Source: the human T2T-CHM13v2.0 reference genome, Homo sapiens
NCBI RefSeq assembly: GCF_009914755.1
Contig: NC_060947.1
Strand: one strand, 5' to 3'
DNA length: 64,000 bases
Position 1 is the stretch's first letter; each line of letters opens with the position of its first letter. The notes below the pieces were generated by a model, which did no database searches, had not been told where the DNA came from, and was given only the letters and a program-made list of their open reading frames with translations. Of this stretch, positions 14,374 through 27,459 are shown piece after piece. Position numbers and translations under genes: made by a program.

Positions 14374-14928
14374 TGATAGCGACAGGAGGCAGCCAAATGC
14401 CTAGGCAGATAGGGGTGGGTCCCCAGTGAAACCCCACCTTCAAGCCAAACACATCCTGAAGGCTGAAAGACCAGACTGCTGTCGCATATGAAACATGCAA
14501 CCAGAGAGAGAACTTCTGTTCCTGTTCGCTGGCCTTTTCCGATTGATTGTTGCTGAATTATGCCTTTTAACCAATCGAATGTTGCCTTTTCCAATACTAC
14601 CCCATCTGAGTCCGTAAAAGCCCTGGACTCAGCCATATTAAGGGGACTTTCCTGCCTGTGGATACGGGGTTCACCCCTGCATACCCTCTCTGCTGAAAGC
14701 TGTTTCATCACTCAGTAAAACTCCCCACCTTACTCACTCTTCAATTGTCAGCGCATCCTCATTCTTCTTGGGCACCAGACAAGAACTCAGGAACTAGTGC
14801 ACAAGCCAGACTCGGCCTGGGTGGGCCATCTCCTGCCACAGGTGGCCTGGCTGAGCTAGGCCCAGGTCAGGTCCCACTGGCCGAAGCTACCCAGCTTGCA
14901 AAGTGACTGAGAAGAAAATCTTGTGTCA
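14374..14928 (+). mobile_element. Solo LTR (LTR27-like, ERV1)
   Basis: TG...CA ends with a 4-bp ATAT TSD on both sides. Confidence 0.8.
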
Positions 14929-14996
14929 ATATTAATGCTAAGTACTTAGCAAAGTATCTGGCATGGTGTAAGTCTTTACATGTTAAGTAAAATCAT

Positions 14997-15605
14997 TGTA
15001 AACCAAAAATAAAATTCTAAGCACCCCCCACCAAAATATCTGAATGGACTTCCTCCTAGGCCAGAGCACTCTTAAAATTTAACTTGAAAGACTAGTTCAG
15101 GCCATGACAGGAAGTAGGGTTCAGACAGGCTTCATTATACCTCTCTGGCATTCACATCAACACAGACCTTAAGTCTGATAAGAAGTATTTGCAATCTATT
15201 CTCTCTGAGGCCTGCTACCTGAAGCCTTCCTCTGCACAATAAGAACTTTGGTATCCACAATTCTTTATCTTAACCCAGACATTTCCTTTCTACTGATCCC
15301 AGATCTTTAGATAAACTCAACCAATTGTCAACCAGAAAATTTTTAAATCTACCTGTAACCTGGAAGCCCCCTCCCCCTAGTTCAAATTGTCCCACCTTTC
15401 TGGATTGAACCAATGTATTTCTTAAATGTATTTGACTGAAGTGTCATGTCTCCCTAAAACGTATAAAACCAAGCTGCATCCTGACCACCTTGAGCACATG
15501 TTCTTAGGACCTCTTGAGGGCTGTTTCATGGGCCATGGTCACTCATATTTGGCTCAGAATAAATCTCTTCAAATATTTTACAGAGTCTGACTCTTTTTGT
15601 CAACA
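14997..15605 (+). mobile_element. MER4B-like 5' LTR
   Basis: tgtaaaccaaaaataaaattctaag...caaca; TATAAAA and AATAAA present; near-identical copy at 23490-24081. Confidence 0.9.
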
Positions 15606-15611
15606 ATAATT

Positions 15612-15632
15612 TGGCGCCTGAACACGTGGGGC
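15612..15632 (+). other. Primer binding site (tRNA-Lys-like)
   Basis: TGGCGCCTGAACACGTGGGGC, 6 nt after the 5' LTR. Confidence 0.75.
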
Positions 15633-16292
15633 CTCAGAGGAGAAGCCTCAGGATCCCAAAATAGCAGTAGCCCAAACTCGGAGCTAAGGTACCAGCAAGG
15701 GCCCATTGAAAGCCTCCCAGACTTTGAGCTTCCCTTCAGATGGAACTGGTAAGTCCTTCTGAGCCTTGGACCTCCCTTTGGTTGATGGTCCTTCATTTAT
15801 TCTAAGCTGGATTTTTTTCTCCTAGGAAGGTGGTTGTTTAGAACCCAAATTCTTGTTTGGAGGTTCATCCTAAATGGTCTTCTCCATTGCTTGTATCTCC
15901 CCAAATTAATCTTGATTTGACTTGTGTGCACATTTGCGTCAGGAACTGAGCTGCCATTTTTGTAAATGAGAGACTGAGTTTTCTCAGTTCTGAAGAGAAT
16001 GGGCATTTTGTTCCTCCCAGCCAAAGGTGCCCCTGGGTGACTGGGGGCCAACTGGGAGTGTCTGGGGTGTTGAACCCCTGATCCCACATACAGCAGCCCT
16101 ATAAGGAGCTCTCAACAAAATTAGCTTAAAAAGGCCCCTCCAGGAAGCACATATAGGAGATGGCCTTTGCTGTGCTTTGAGCCCTCCCAGAGGTGCTAGG
16201 CCTCCAGAAAGGGAAACTGAGACACATAAGAGACTGGGAATGACTCAGTGGTGACACACTGTGACGTCCCACTTGCAACCAGCACACTTTGA

Positions 16293-16703
<411 letters not shown>

Positions 16704-16991
16704 TGAGAGTTTGTGTAAAATGGAAATATTATGGTCTTTTTGTGAACAATTACATCAAAGAAAAAGAGCTCTAAGGTTGACCTGCAAACTATAGAGTTCC
16801 TAACTTCTCTTTTTCTCTATTTTCTTTTCTGCCTGCTTTAGATCTGCTGTTGCTTTTCTACTGAAATGAAAAAACACTGTTTGGCTCCAACTGGGTTTTT
16901 TTTCTGTGTGTGTGTTTTTTGTTTGTTTGTTTTGCAAGCCAGTAAATTTGTATTAATAGCTAGAATTCTGAAGTAAAAGCTATAGGATCTT

Positions 16992-17032
16992 TGTGTGTGT
17001 GTATGTGTGTGTGTACATATATATATATATAT
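16992..17032. repeat. (TG)n(TA)n microsatellite
   Basis: Direct reading. Confidence 0.9.
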
Positions 17033-17364
17033 TTAAAAGGACTTTATGTTTTTTATTTGTTTTCTTTCCTATGACCTTGTTCTTCTTGAGAGAGTTTTTC
17101 TTAATTTCTAACAACCTGGGATCCTTTAAAGGAACTAGAGAAGGCATCAGACTCCTTTTTGGGGAGAAACCTCTGTTTTTCCTTATGAAATCCCAAGAGT
17201 ATAAACAGACAAGTTTCCCTTCAGATATTAAACTTCTTGTTTGTGTTGTGTTACCTTTTTTCAACTAAAATAGTTACTAAAACAGAGGCTACTCTTGGAT
17301 GCTTAAAATAAGAAAGAGTGTAGTTTAGACACTTAGAGAAATGTCTTTGTTAAAAAAAAAACAA

Positions 17365-17431
17365 AAACCTGCACGTTGTGCACATGTACCCTAAAACTTA
17401 AAGTATAATAATAATAAAATTAAAAAAAAAA
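17365..17431 (+). mobile_element. Extremely 5'-truncated young L1PA 3' end
   Basis: aacctgcacgttgtgcacatgtaccctaaaacttaaagtataataataataaa + poly(A). Confidence 0.9.
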
Positions 17432-17796
17432 GGTGCACTGTAAAAGCATGGACTAGCCTCATTATAATTCTCTTTTAGGAGGCCCAGGATACAGTGTGGA
17501 CTCTCCCCAGAGCTCGGAGGTCCAATTAAAAGGTGGAGAATAAAATTAGAACTACCTATCTAAATAAAATGTCTCTCCTTACACAATCTTATGATAAATT
17601 TCTATACTTTTATGCTTAACTTGCAATGAAATTTGCTTTATTTCCCTCTAGCATACCAGGCTTTTTCTCTCTGTGCTTTGAGATGTCAATTTTGCTATCT
17701 GATTTTTCACCTAAGAGCTGTTTCTTTTAATATGCAAATTTAGGGCTATTCAGCTGACAACTGCTTAGGGTAAGGAAACAGGTTATCAAGAATTTA

Positions 17797-18098
17797 GGTC
17801 AGGCGTGGTGGCTCATGCCTGACCTCCCAACACTTTGGGAGGCTGAGGCAGGCAGATCACCTGAAGTCAGAAGTTTGAGAACAGCCTGGCCAACATGATG
17901 AAACCCCATCTCTACTAAAAATACAAAAATTAGCCGGGTGTGTTGGTCCACACATGCCTGTAATCCTATCTCCTTGGGAGACTGAGGCACGATAATTGCT
18001 TAAACCTGAGTGGTAGACGTTGCAGTGAGCCGAGCTCGCACCCCTGCACTCTAGCCTGGGCCACAGAGCAAGATTCTGTCGCAAAAAAAAATAAAAAG
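17797..18098 (+). mobile_element. AluS
   Basis: Full dimer. Confidence 0.93.
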
Positions 18099-18273
18099 AC
18101 TTCCGAAGTCTAATAAAATGTACTTCTATTGGCATGCCTAATATGTATTTGTGTTGTGTGTATATTTCACTACTAAAAATATATAAAGTGCTCTAATTAA
18201 TTGGCTTAAACATTTTTTAATCAGAAAATTTTTTATAAGAAAAAATAGAGACTTTAAGTCAAATGTTTTTTCC

Positions 18274-18576
18274 TTTTTTTTTTTTTTTTTTTTTTTGAGA
18301 CGAGTCTCGCTCTGTCGCCCAGGCTGGAGTGTAGTGGCACGATCTTGGCTCACTGCAACCTCCGCCTCCCGGGTTCAAGCAATTCTCTGCCTCAGCCTCC
18401 TGAATGACTGGGATTACAGGCGCCCACCACCATGCCTGGGTAATTTTTTTGTATTTTTAGTAGAAATGGGGTTTCACCATCTTGGCCAGGCTGGTCTTGA
18501 ACTCCTGCCCTTGTGATCCACCCACCTCGGCCTCCCAAAGTGCTGGGATTAGAGGCGTGAGCCACCGCGCCCAGCC
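18274..18576 (-). mobile_element. AluS
   Basis: Full dimer; TSD agtcaaatgYttttt. Confidence 0.95.
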
Positions 18577-20194
18577 CAGTCAAATGCTTTTTTAAGCTCA
18601 CATGACTTAACAAATAAACTGGCTTTAAAATTATTGGTAAAATAATATTTAAAATGTCTTAAGAATTGTTGGCATTTTTGTTTGCATGTATTAATCAAAA
18701 GGTTTCATATTTATTCCTGCAGAATACCTAAAGTGTCAAGATTTGCCATAAGGATTATAAAACTATAAACCCAGCCCAAAACAGAAGGATCTTACTTGTG
18801 TAATTTTTGATAAATAAGACATGTAATATAGTTGGTTTAATGAAAACAGCTAAATCCTGAGTTATTGGTAAAAAAAAAAAATTTATATTTAACCATAAGT
18901 TTCCTTATTTTTAGATAAACACATGAAATTCATAGGTAATAAAAATGGTTAACAAAGAATTCACTTTAAATGATGACTATCACAGTTTTCATAAATAATC
19001 TAGGTAAACTATTAATCAGGTAAATGTAATGGAATAAATGCTTGTAAACAAACTTGTCATATAATTTAGAATCTAAGGTTATATTATAGTAGATATTAGT
19101 TAAATGTCTAGGTAATTTCCAATTTAAAAATTATCAGAAATTTTTTAAAAAATGTATTCTTATTAAAAGGTGAATCTTTTTACCTAATTCAGAGTTACTT
19201 AAAGCTGAAGTATAAAACAAGGTAAAAGGCATCAGTAAATTAGAACTGTGAATTATAGCTATAAAGAGGTATTTTGGGTAAGAAAGGTAAAAAGGAAAAT
19301 AATTTTACATGAGAAATAATCCTGTAAGGTGAAATTTTGTCCTAAAATAAAATGACTGGGTTTTTCAATGAAGAGGGATATTTAGGACAAAACAAAAAGT
19401 TCAAATATGTCTTGAATGATCTAAGTCATAATAAGGTCATTAAAAAAAGAGAATTTATAAAAATGTTATGTGATTAATTGGCTTTAATGAAGGAAAATTG
19501 TAATAAAGTTTTTCTAAAATTAAACTTTGATATTAAAAATACACTAATACAAAACTAAATAATTGGTTAAAACAAGATTTTATTTAAAATGTTGACTTAT
19601 GCTTAAAGCAAAATTTTTAATTTTTGAATTCTATAATCTGTCTGAAATTTTTCAGATTGATATCTAAGAAGGTCACCTCTTTCTTTTAAAAAGGACTTGG
19701 ATGATAACTTTCACCTTTTATTGGCACCTATAACTTTTAAAATCTAAAGTAAAGGAGAGTTTTTTTTAATAGGTAAATTAAATATATTTTGGATCTGCCT
19801 TTTTAAATTCTGTATGCCTGTTATATCTCTATCTTTATATGTGTCATGTGAAAGTGATACTTCACTACCAAACTATATGAAAGAGCTCTAATCAAGTAAC
19901 TTACAAAAAAAGTGAGTATTCACTAGACTGGTAGAAACTAGCTCAGATGCCTTTTAATTCACATCACTTTGATAATCTTTGGTAAAATTAATTTGGTAAA
20001 TTTAATCTCAAAACTCTCTCCAGTGATTTAAAATCTTAAAGTTATGTTGTGTTAAATTAAGTAATCTCAGGGTTTTTTTTTTTTTCAACTGAGAGTTTAG
20101 GTTACTAAAAGTTAAAATTGTAGGGTCATAAAAATGTTTTTGGTGAAGTTTATAAAACACAAGGATATGGATTTTGCTAAAGAAAGTGTAGGTC

Positions 20195-20512
<318 letters not shown>

Positions 20513-23489
20513 TTAAGAAACTATTTAAGAGTTGCTTTAAAATAAATGAAAAATTATACAGATAAAAGTAAATGGATAAAAGGAAAAATTAAGCCAGAGC
20601 AACAAAAGTTAATTCTGAGACCTTTGATTACCAAAATGATAGTCAATGTAGGGGAAGGGCAAAACCAAGTAACTATACTAAAGGGTATAATGTAAAACCA
20701 GAGGGTATGATGTAAAGGAATTGTTCCATTTTGTAGATTGGTATCATCAGCTTCTTGAGAAACCTTTACTATAATAGATGGTAAAAATAACCATCTTAAG
20801 GACACAATCCTTAATTTTAAATGCTACAGAAAATAAAAGCTTGTTTGGGCTGACCCAGAACCCACAGCTCACTATTGAACCATCACTAATGAGTATATGT
20901 GATTTCAATGCACAGGAGGAGAGAACAACCAGCCTAGTGGACTGGATAAATGACACTGTAAGCTCTGTTTGCCCTGAGAGGGGACTACCCAGCTCTCCCT
21001 ATAAAATACCAAGTGGAGAACCCCAGATGAAGCAGTTAGTATGCTTCATATGCAAGCCATGTGGGACCAGCTTTATGATAACTGGGATATCCTCCTACCA
21101 AATGTGCCTATTACCCTGGTCATGGTAAATTTGGGGGTTAAGTGGGGAGCCCTTTTACATGGGTGCCCCTCCTGCAGAATCATACAACTGTCTGAGAAGC
21201 CTTATCAAGTTTACTGTACCTCATGGGTTTTACAGATGCAACTCCCTGCTGGGAACACAAATCCTTTTTCACTAGAAAAAGTAAAATGATCTGGGGATAG
21301 TAAAACAAGTTCCTGGGATCAGAACACAAAAACATACAGGTTAATAGAATTATGAAATTTAAGATGTTTACACAGGCTTTATGTAAAGTAGTTGTAACCC
21401 CTTTACCTAAATGTCTTACGAAAATAAGTATTGTATCTAACTGGGGGATTTTTCCCCTATCTAGTACTATAAAACTGAAGACATGTACATCTGCTCTTTG
21501 AGAACTGTTGCTTGGACTCACTAAATGAAAAGTAGTATGATTCCCTGAGCCCACAAAATATAGCCTAAAGGGTGGAGTGCTAGTTGAGACAAATCCTCCA
21601 CTTTATAGCCCTTTATGAAGTATTTATTGGGGCTTAATGCAACAAGGCTGTACTTTCCAATGACAAAGACTGAACTAGAGAATTTCCACTTGAGGAACAT
21701 TTACTGCCTTGCTATGAAATGTTAACTGAAGCTACCCCTATGCTGAATGAAAATAATGGTGCCCCAAAGAGTAAAATAAAAAATGGTTTACATAGAATCT
21801 TGCTACCTGGGGATACAAGGAGGAGAAACTTATAAGCAGAGAGCTTCTTTTTTCCCTAGGACTAATTCTCACTATGTGAGGATCTGCTAGATTCTACAGT
21901 GCCTGATAGACAGCTCCCATGAGTTATTTGGTTTGCGAATGGCATTTCCAAGGTGAACAAACATCTTGTTTGAAAGCTGCTGCTCTGGTTAAAGAAGGAT
22001 AAAAAAAAAATCGTTTTCTTTTGAGTTATTTGGGTGAAGTATGTTTTTGTAAGCAAATTTACCTTTCTCTGTACCTGAGTTCTCCAGAATTCGGGTTGTG
22101 ATTTCATGACAATATAGTTACTTGCATAAATTTAGTAATAGTCTTTTAAAACAAAACAATTGGAGACACTGGTTATTTTACCAAGACTTTAACTAAAATA
22201 GCATATTTTAGGTAAAGTTCCAGCAAAGCCAACTTAAAAGGAGCTTATATGGCCAATCAATTCTTGTTACATTTTATGCAAATAATCAGGCCAAGTATAA
22301 TAAGCCTAAAACCTAGTTCGCACACAAATTGGTCTTACTATAATTTCTCTTTAATAGAAAAGGAGGGCTAGAGTAAAAGAAATTGTTTCCAAGGAAAAGC
22401 GTAACACTTGATACTAGATTTCAGCCCTAACTTTTCTTTTTTTAAGTGCAGATTGAATCATGAATTATTTCTTGGCTACAATAATCCTCTACAGAGTACT
22501 AGATTATAATTTTTCTTCATATCTTTAGTTGGTGCCCTAATGGAATAGGTTCCTTTTTCTGTTCAAACACACAAAAATTCTTTGATTGTCAAAACATTAA
22601 TGTTATTATCTCTCCTTGTTTTACTTCCAAGGAAACCCAAATCATGGTTTTCTGAAGACCAGAGATGCAAATCTCCCTCATTTGGCATCCCACTGGGTCT
22701 GATCTGTTTTTCACTGCAAATGCCCTACTGCTAAAACGATGCAAGCACCATCCCCCCAGGCCCAGGGATCGTCACAGAAGACGTGGGTGTGAGAGATAGT
22801 AAGGGCTGGTTTTGAGGAATAAAATTAGGTCAAGATCAGACCCTCCAAAGCAAGGATAGATACAAAGATGCCTAAAGAGCTGGTAAAACAAGGGACTTTG
22901 TCTTCTAAGCTATTATGTGTCACTTTTGCATCCACCCCAACCATAAAGCATTTTTTGCTCCCTGTAGAATTAAAAGAAAATATCTGTGACACAAGAAAGA
23001 TACCTTGTGATAAAGCTTCCTGGATATAATACTCCCAGTTATGAGTTGAGAAGATAAATATATTAAAACTTTTTTTTTCAGAGCAGTGCTTATGATTTGT
23101 ATAGCTAATTGCTACAAATCTGTAACTAAATCCAAACTTATAGTAGGTCAACGCATAAAAGTTACAGTCAGTTTTGTAACCTTGCCTTTGGTTTTTGTTT
23201 GTTGGCTTTTTACCTAAAATAATAATAATTTTAAGAGATAATAAATACCTGTCCACGTTCATCCTATCTGGCCTATAACAATTAATTGGCTGTAAGTCTT
23301 TTTACTCTTAAGGTCCTTGGCCATAGGGACTTCCACCGAGGGACAGGATGGACCCAGGGAGGGCAGCCCTGCCACCCCAGCAACGCTATGAGAGAAAATA
23401 AAAATTTACTGGCTAAATAAATAAATAAACAAATAAATTTACTGGCTATTGATGTTGCCTCTGGCAAATCTTGTCAAGAAGGAGGAGAA

Positions 23490-24081
23490 TGTAAACCAAA
23501 AATAAAATTCTAAGCACCACCCCCAAAACATCTGAACGGACTTCCTCCTAGGCCAGGGCACACTTAAAATTTAACCTGAGGGACTGGTTCAGGCCATGAT
23601 GGGAAGTGCGGTTCAGACGTGCCTCATTGTACCTCTCTGGCATTCACATCAACACAGACCTTAAGTCTGATAAACATTTACAATCTTTTCTCTCTGAAGC
23701 CTTCCTCTGCACAATAAGAACTTTGGTGTCCACAGTTCTTTATCTTAACCCAGACATTTCCTTTCTATTGATCCCAGGTCTTTAGGTTAAACTCAACCAA
23801 TTGTCAACCAGAAAATTTTTAAATCTACCTGTAACCTGGAAGCCCCCTCCCGCTAGTTCAAATTGTCCCACCTTTCTGGACCGAACCAATGTATTTCTTA
23901 AATGTATTTGACTGAAGTGTCATGTCTCCCTAAAATGTATAAAACCAAGCTGCATCCTGACCACCTTGGGCTCATGTTCTTAGGACTTCCTGAGGGCTGT
24001 GTCATGGGCCATGGTCACTCATATTTGGCTCAGAATAAATCTCTCCAAATATTTTACAGAGTCTGCCTCTCTTCATTGACA
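23490..24081 (+). mobile_element. MER4B-like 3' LTR
   Basis: Direct repeat of 14997-15605 preceded by a PPT; ends tgaca. Confidence 0.9.
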
Positions 24082-24336
24082 CTATTAAATTATTAATGAG
24101 ACTATGATTGGTATTACTTGATCAGTTAACAACTTGTGAATGCTACATATGAAATATAAACTATGAAATACCTTATGAAATAGTGTAAAGTTGATATCAT
24201 CAACACATGGCAACATCACAAGAGACAGAATCATGGAACACCAGATTAAACAGGGCTATTCTTTCTTTAGTAGGAGAGGAATTGTCTCATCCATCCATAA
24301 AGTCCAACTAGGCCACCCACCTGCAGATCATCTCAG

Positions 24337-24776
24337 TCAGTTCACAACAAAGTACCTGACCGTTATGAATCCAACTGGGAAGAAGTTGGTCCCGGTGAGG
24401 CACCTGTGGTTCCTAGAAGCAGGGTCATGGCCCTGAGTCCCCAAGGCAACCAATATATCAGGGAGATCTGTCTCCCTTAGGAAATGCAGGGTGAGGTTTT
24501 CCCTAAGGGTCAGGCTTGGAAGTTGGTTGGAAGAGTTGGTGCCTATCTTCTGGGTATTGTCCAGTTTGCACCAGAAACACACCCTGTCTTCAAACTAAGA
24601 ACACCTGTTGGTGTGCCATTTTCATGCTTCCATGGGACAGGAGTGTTCATAGGTTTAGACTTCTTTCCTGTCCTCAGCCCAGGACACCAGCCTCTTTGCC
24701 TCTACCTGCTCTGCCTTCCTTATGGGTTTGGGTAGCTCTTCTTTTCATTCACCATAGTGCCATCATCCCTGTCCAT
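24337..24776 (-). pseudogene. Candidate decayed intronless gene, PP1-regulator (PPP1R15/GADD34-like C-terminal motif)
   Basis: Kozak ATG at 24776 downstream of TATAAA; one frameshift and 3 stops; KRLVSW motif followed 30 codons later by DRVCFWCKL. Family call is by eye only. Confidence 0.3.
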
Positions 24777-24826
24777 GCTCTGCTCATCCGAGATACTCCA
24801 GGGTATGTTCCCTTCCTCGCATTCCA

Positions 24827-24875
24827 TTTATAGGGTGGTGGGGTGGGGGGGTGGTAGCCAGAGGGGGTGTGGAGG
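24827..24875 (-). promoter_or_regulatory. TATA box preceded by CACCC boxes (G4-prone on + strand)
   Basis: Minus strand reads ...ccacaccccc...accaccccccc accccaccacccTATAAA; four G-runs at 24833-24867. Confidence 0.4.
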
Positions 24876-25010
24876 TTAACAGGGGAGAGATCATAACATG
24901 TTTGTGGAGTGATAGGGATGATTCATATATAGTGTAGGCCAGTGATTCAGTGTCAGTTTTCTCCATGGTAATGAGCCAGTTCTCCAAATGTTAATGTTTT
25001 AAAGACACAG

Positions 25011-25485
25011 TGTTGGGAGAGGAAATCTGCTGGGAGCCCTGAGCATTCCTTTATGCTTTTGCGGAGTACACCAATAATTCAAAGTCCCCCACTCTTTACC
25101 TGGGAGATTTCTCAGAGTTCTCTTTTAGTGAGCAACAAACAGGGATGCTTGAGGGATGAGGTAACACCCCCCACAGAGAGCATGATTGCTCCCACTCCCA
25201 AGAAAGACATAGGATCTCCCAAGCTCAGTGTTCCTCTCTTGTAACACAATTCTCAGCAAGTGTGAGCATCCACGCAAGTCCACCTTCATCACCCCCGTGG
25301 GGCTTGGAGGGCATATAGAGCCAGTGCAAACAGGAGGCTCTGGCAACTACTTTTGTTGAAAGGAATAAAGTCCTTTGCCTCTGACCCAGAGGGTTTCTGT
25401 CTTCTGCCAGAATGTCAATCTGTGGCAAATGAACTTGTAAACTTGCAAGTAGGTTAAAATCATAGGCCCTCTACCATTCTTGACA
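25011..25485 (+). mobile_element. ERVL-class solo LTR (LTR47-like)
   Basis: TG...CA ends, AATAAA, 5-bp TSD cacag/catag (one mismatch). Confidence 0.75.
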
Positions 25486-25649
25486 CATAGATTTAAACTT
25501 ATCAGTACTAAACCTCATCAGAGTGCGCAAGTTCTCTGCTTCCCTTTGCAATTTGCATCAAAGTCAACTCCACTAATATGGTCTTCATGGTCTTCCAGGC
25601 CCTGCATAGCCTGGCCCTGCCTACCTCTCCAGGATCTTGTGCCAGTTGT

Positions 25650-25975
25650 GTCCAAATCTCTCTGCTTTTGAGTCATATGGGGAAAAATTTGTCCCTGACA
25701 TCTGGGCACTGGTATGACACTTACAATTAAGCTTCCATGTTGCTAGTAGCATGGCCTCTTGCCGATGGCTAGACCATGTTGTTCTCCAGATAGACATAAA
25801 TACCAGAATCACCCAATCAAATCCCAAATCCCATAACAGATTCTTTCTATCATGATCTTTCTGAAACACCATTGTTCTTCCTGACATGCATTGTCCTTTA
25901 TTGCCATGAATAGTAAACCCAACTTATTTAACTACTTGTGCATTCCTGGCACTCTTTGGCTGGAGGACATTGGCA
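25650..25975 (+). mobile_element. LTR37-like LTR fragment inside L2
   Basis: 3' end aaacccaacttatttaactac...ctttggctggaggacattggca. Confidence 0.55.
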
Positions 25976-27030
25976 TATACACATGCTGATCTTCTTCCAG
26001 TTTATCAACATTCCATTTTCTTTCCTGCCACAGGCACTTTGCACATACTATTCCTTCTGCCTAGAACATTGTTCTCTTCACCTCCTTGACCTTGCTAGCC
26101 CCTCCCCATCTTGAAGTTCTCAGCATAAATATCACTTTCTTTAGGATGTTTTCCCAACTCCTTCGGCAAAATCTGGGTGTATTCTCTGATAGTGTGTTAG
26201 GTTTTTCCCATTATATACACTTTTCTAATTTGTAATATACATTTGTTTGTGTTACTGTTTATTTATTTAATATCTTTAAGGGTAGATACCAGTCTTCTTT
26301 GCTTATTGCTATAGCCCAGCATCTATTAGGAGGCCTAGTACATTGTGGGCACTCAGTATTCATCATTTCTTTATTCTACAAATAATTATTGCATTGATCT
26401 AGGATCCAAAGTTAAAACTGTCCAAGTCCTGGTCCTTATGGAGATTCCATTTTAGTCAGAAAAGATAACATAAGAAATGACTAAGTCCCTTAACAAATAT
26501 TTATTGAGCAACTCCTAGAAACTGCACATTGTTCTGGAAGGTAGGGATGCGGCAGAGAACAAACCTGATACAATTTGTATTCTCTCAGACTTTACATTTT
26601 GTTTTACATATGTTCATGTTAGTGTATATTTATATATTAATAGATCTATATGAGGTTTAGTACTGATAAGATTTCGTGTAAAATAAACATGGTATGGTGA
26701 TAGAGAATTAGAGTGGGTGCCATTTTTGGTATGATAGTCAAGGTCTCTCTGAAAAGTTGATATATGACCTGTGGAAAAATAGAAAATGCCGTCATTGATC
26801 ATGTGAGCCCTTGATGTTCATTGTAGTAAGTTTTTTATCTGAGCAAGGTGGAGAGCCATTGGAGATTGTTGAGCAAAGTAGGAAATTAACTTACATTTGA
26901 ACAGGATTTCTCTGGCTGTTGTGAGGAGTACTGACTCAAGAGTGGAAGGTGAGGGACTACAGTGATAGGGAAATTAGGTAAAAGGCTACTCAATTACTCA
27001 AATGAGAAATGATGGTGGCTTAGATCATGA
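25976..27030. mobile_element. L2 fragments
   Basis: ttgcacatactattccttctgcctagaac; acaaatatttattgagc; gatggtggcttag. Confidence 0.7.
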
Positions 27031-27171
27031 TGCTGCGGCACATATGGAGATGCACCTCTGGAATCCTTTAAAGTGGGACTTGCCATCCAACTGAGAAAAG
27101 TGTGGTTAGCTGACAAATTCCACTTGTTAGCTACTTCAGGATCTTCAAATACTTCAAATTTTGAAATTTTG

Positions 27172-27455
27172 TATGTGTGCAGTGTCTCATGCCTGTAATT
27201 CTAACACTTTGGGAGGCAGAGATGGGAGGATAGCTTGGTTTAGGAGCTCAAGACCAGCCTGGGCAACATAGCAGGAACTCGTCTCTACAAAAAAATTTTT
27301 TTTAATTAGCCAGGCATGATGGCATGAACCTGTGGTCCTAGCTACTCAGGAGGCTGAGATGGAAGGATCACTTGGGGCCAGAAAGTTGAGGCTGCAGTGA
27401 GCCATGATCATGCCACTGCACTCCAGCTGGGTGACAGCGAAACCCTGCCTCAAAA
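27172..27455 (+). mobile_element. AluJ
   Basis: Diverged dimer with J diagnostics (gaggctgcagtgagccatgatc). Confidence 0.9.
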
Positions 27456-27459
27456 TTGA

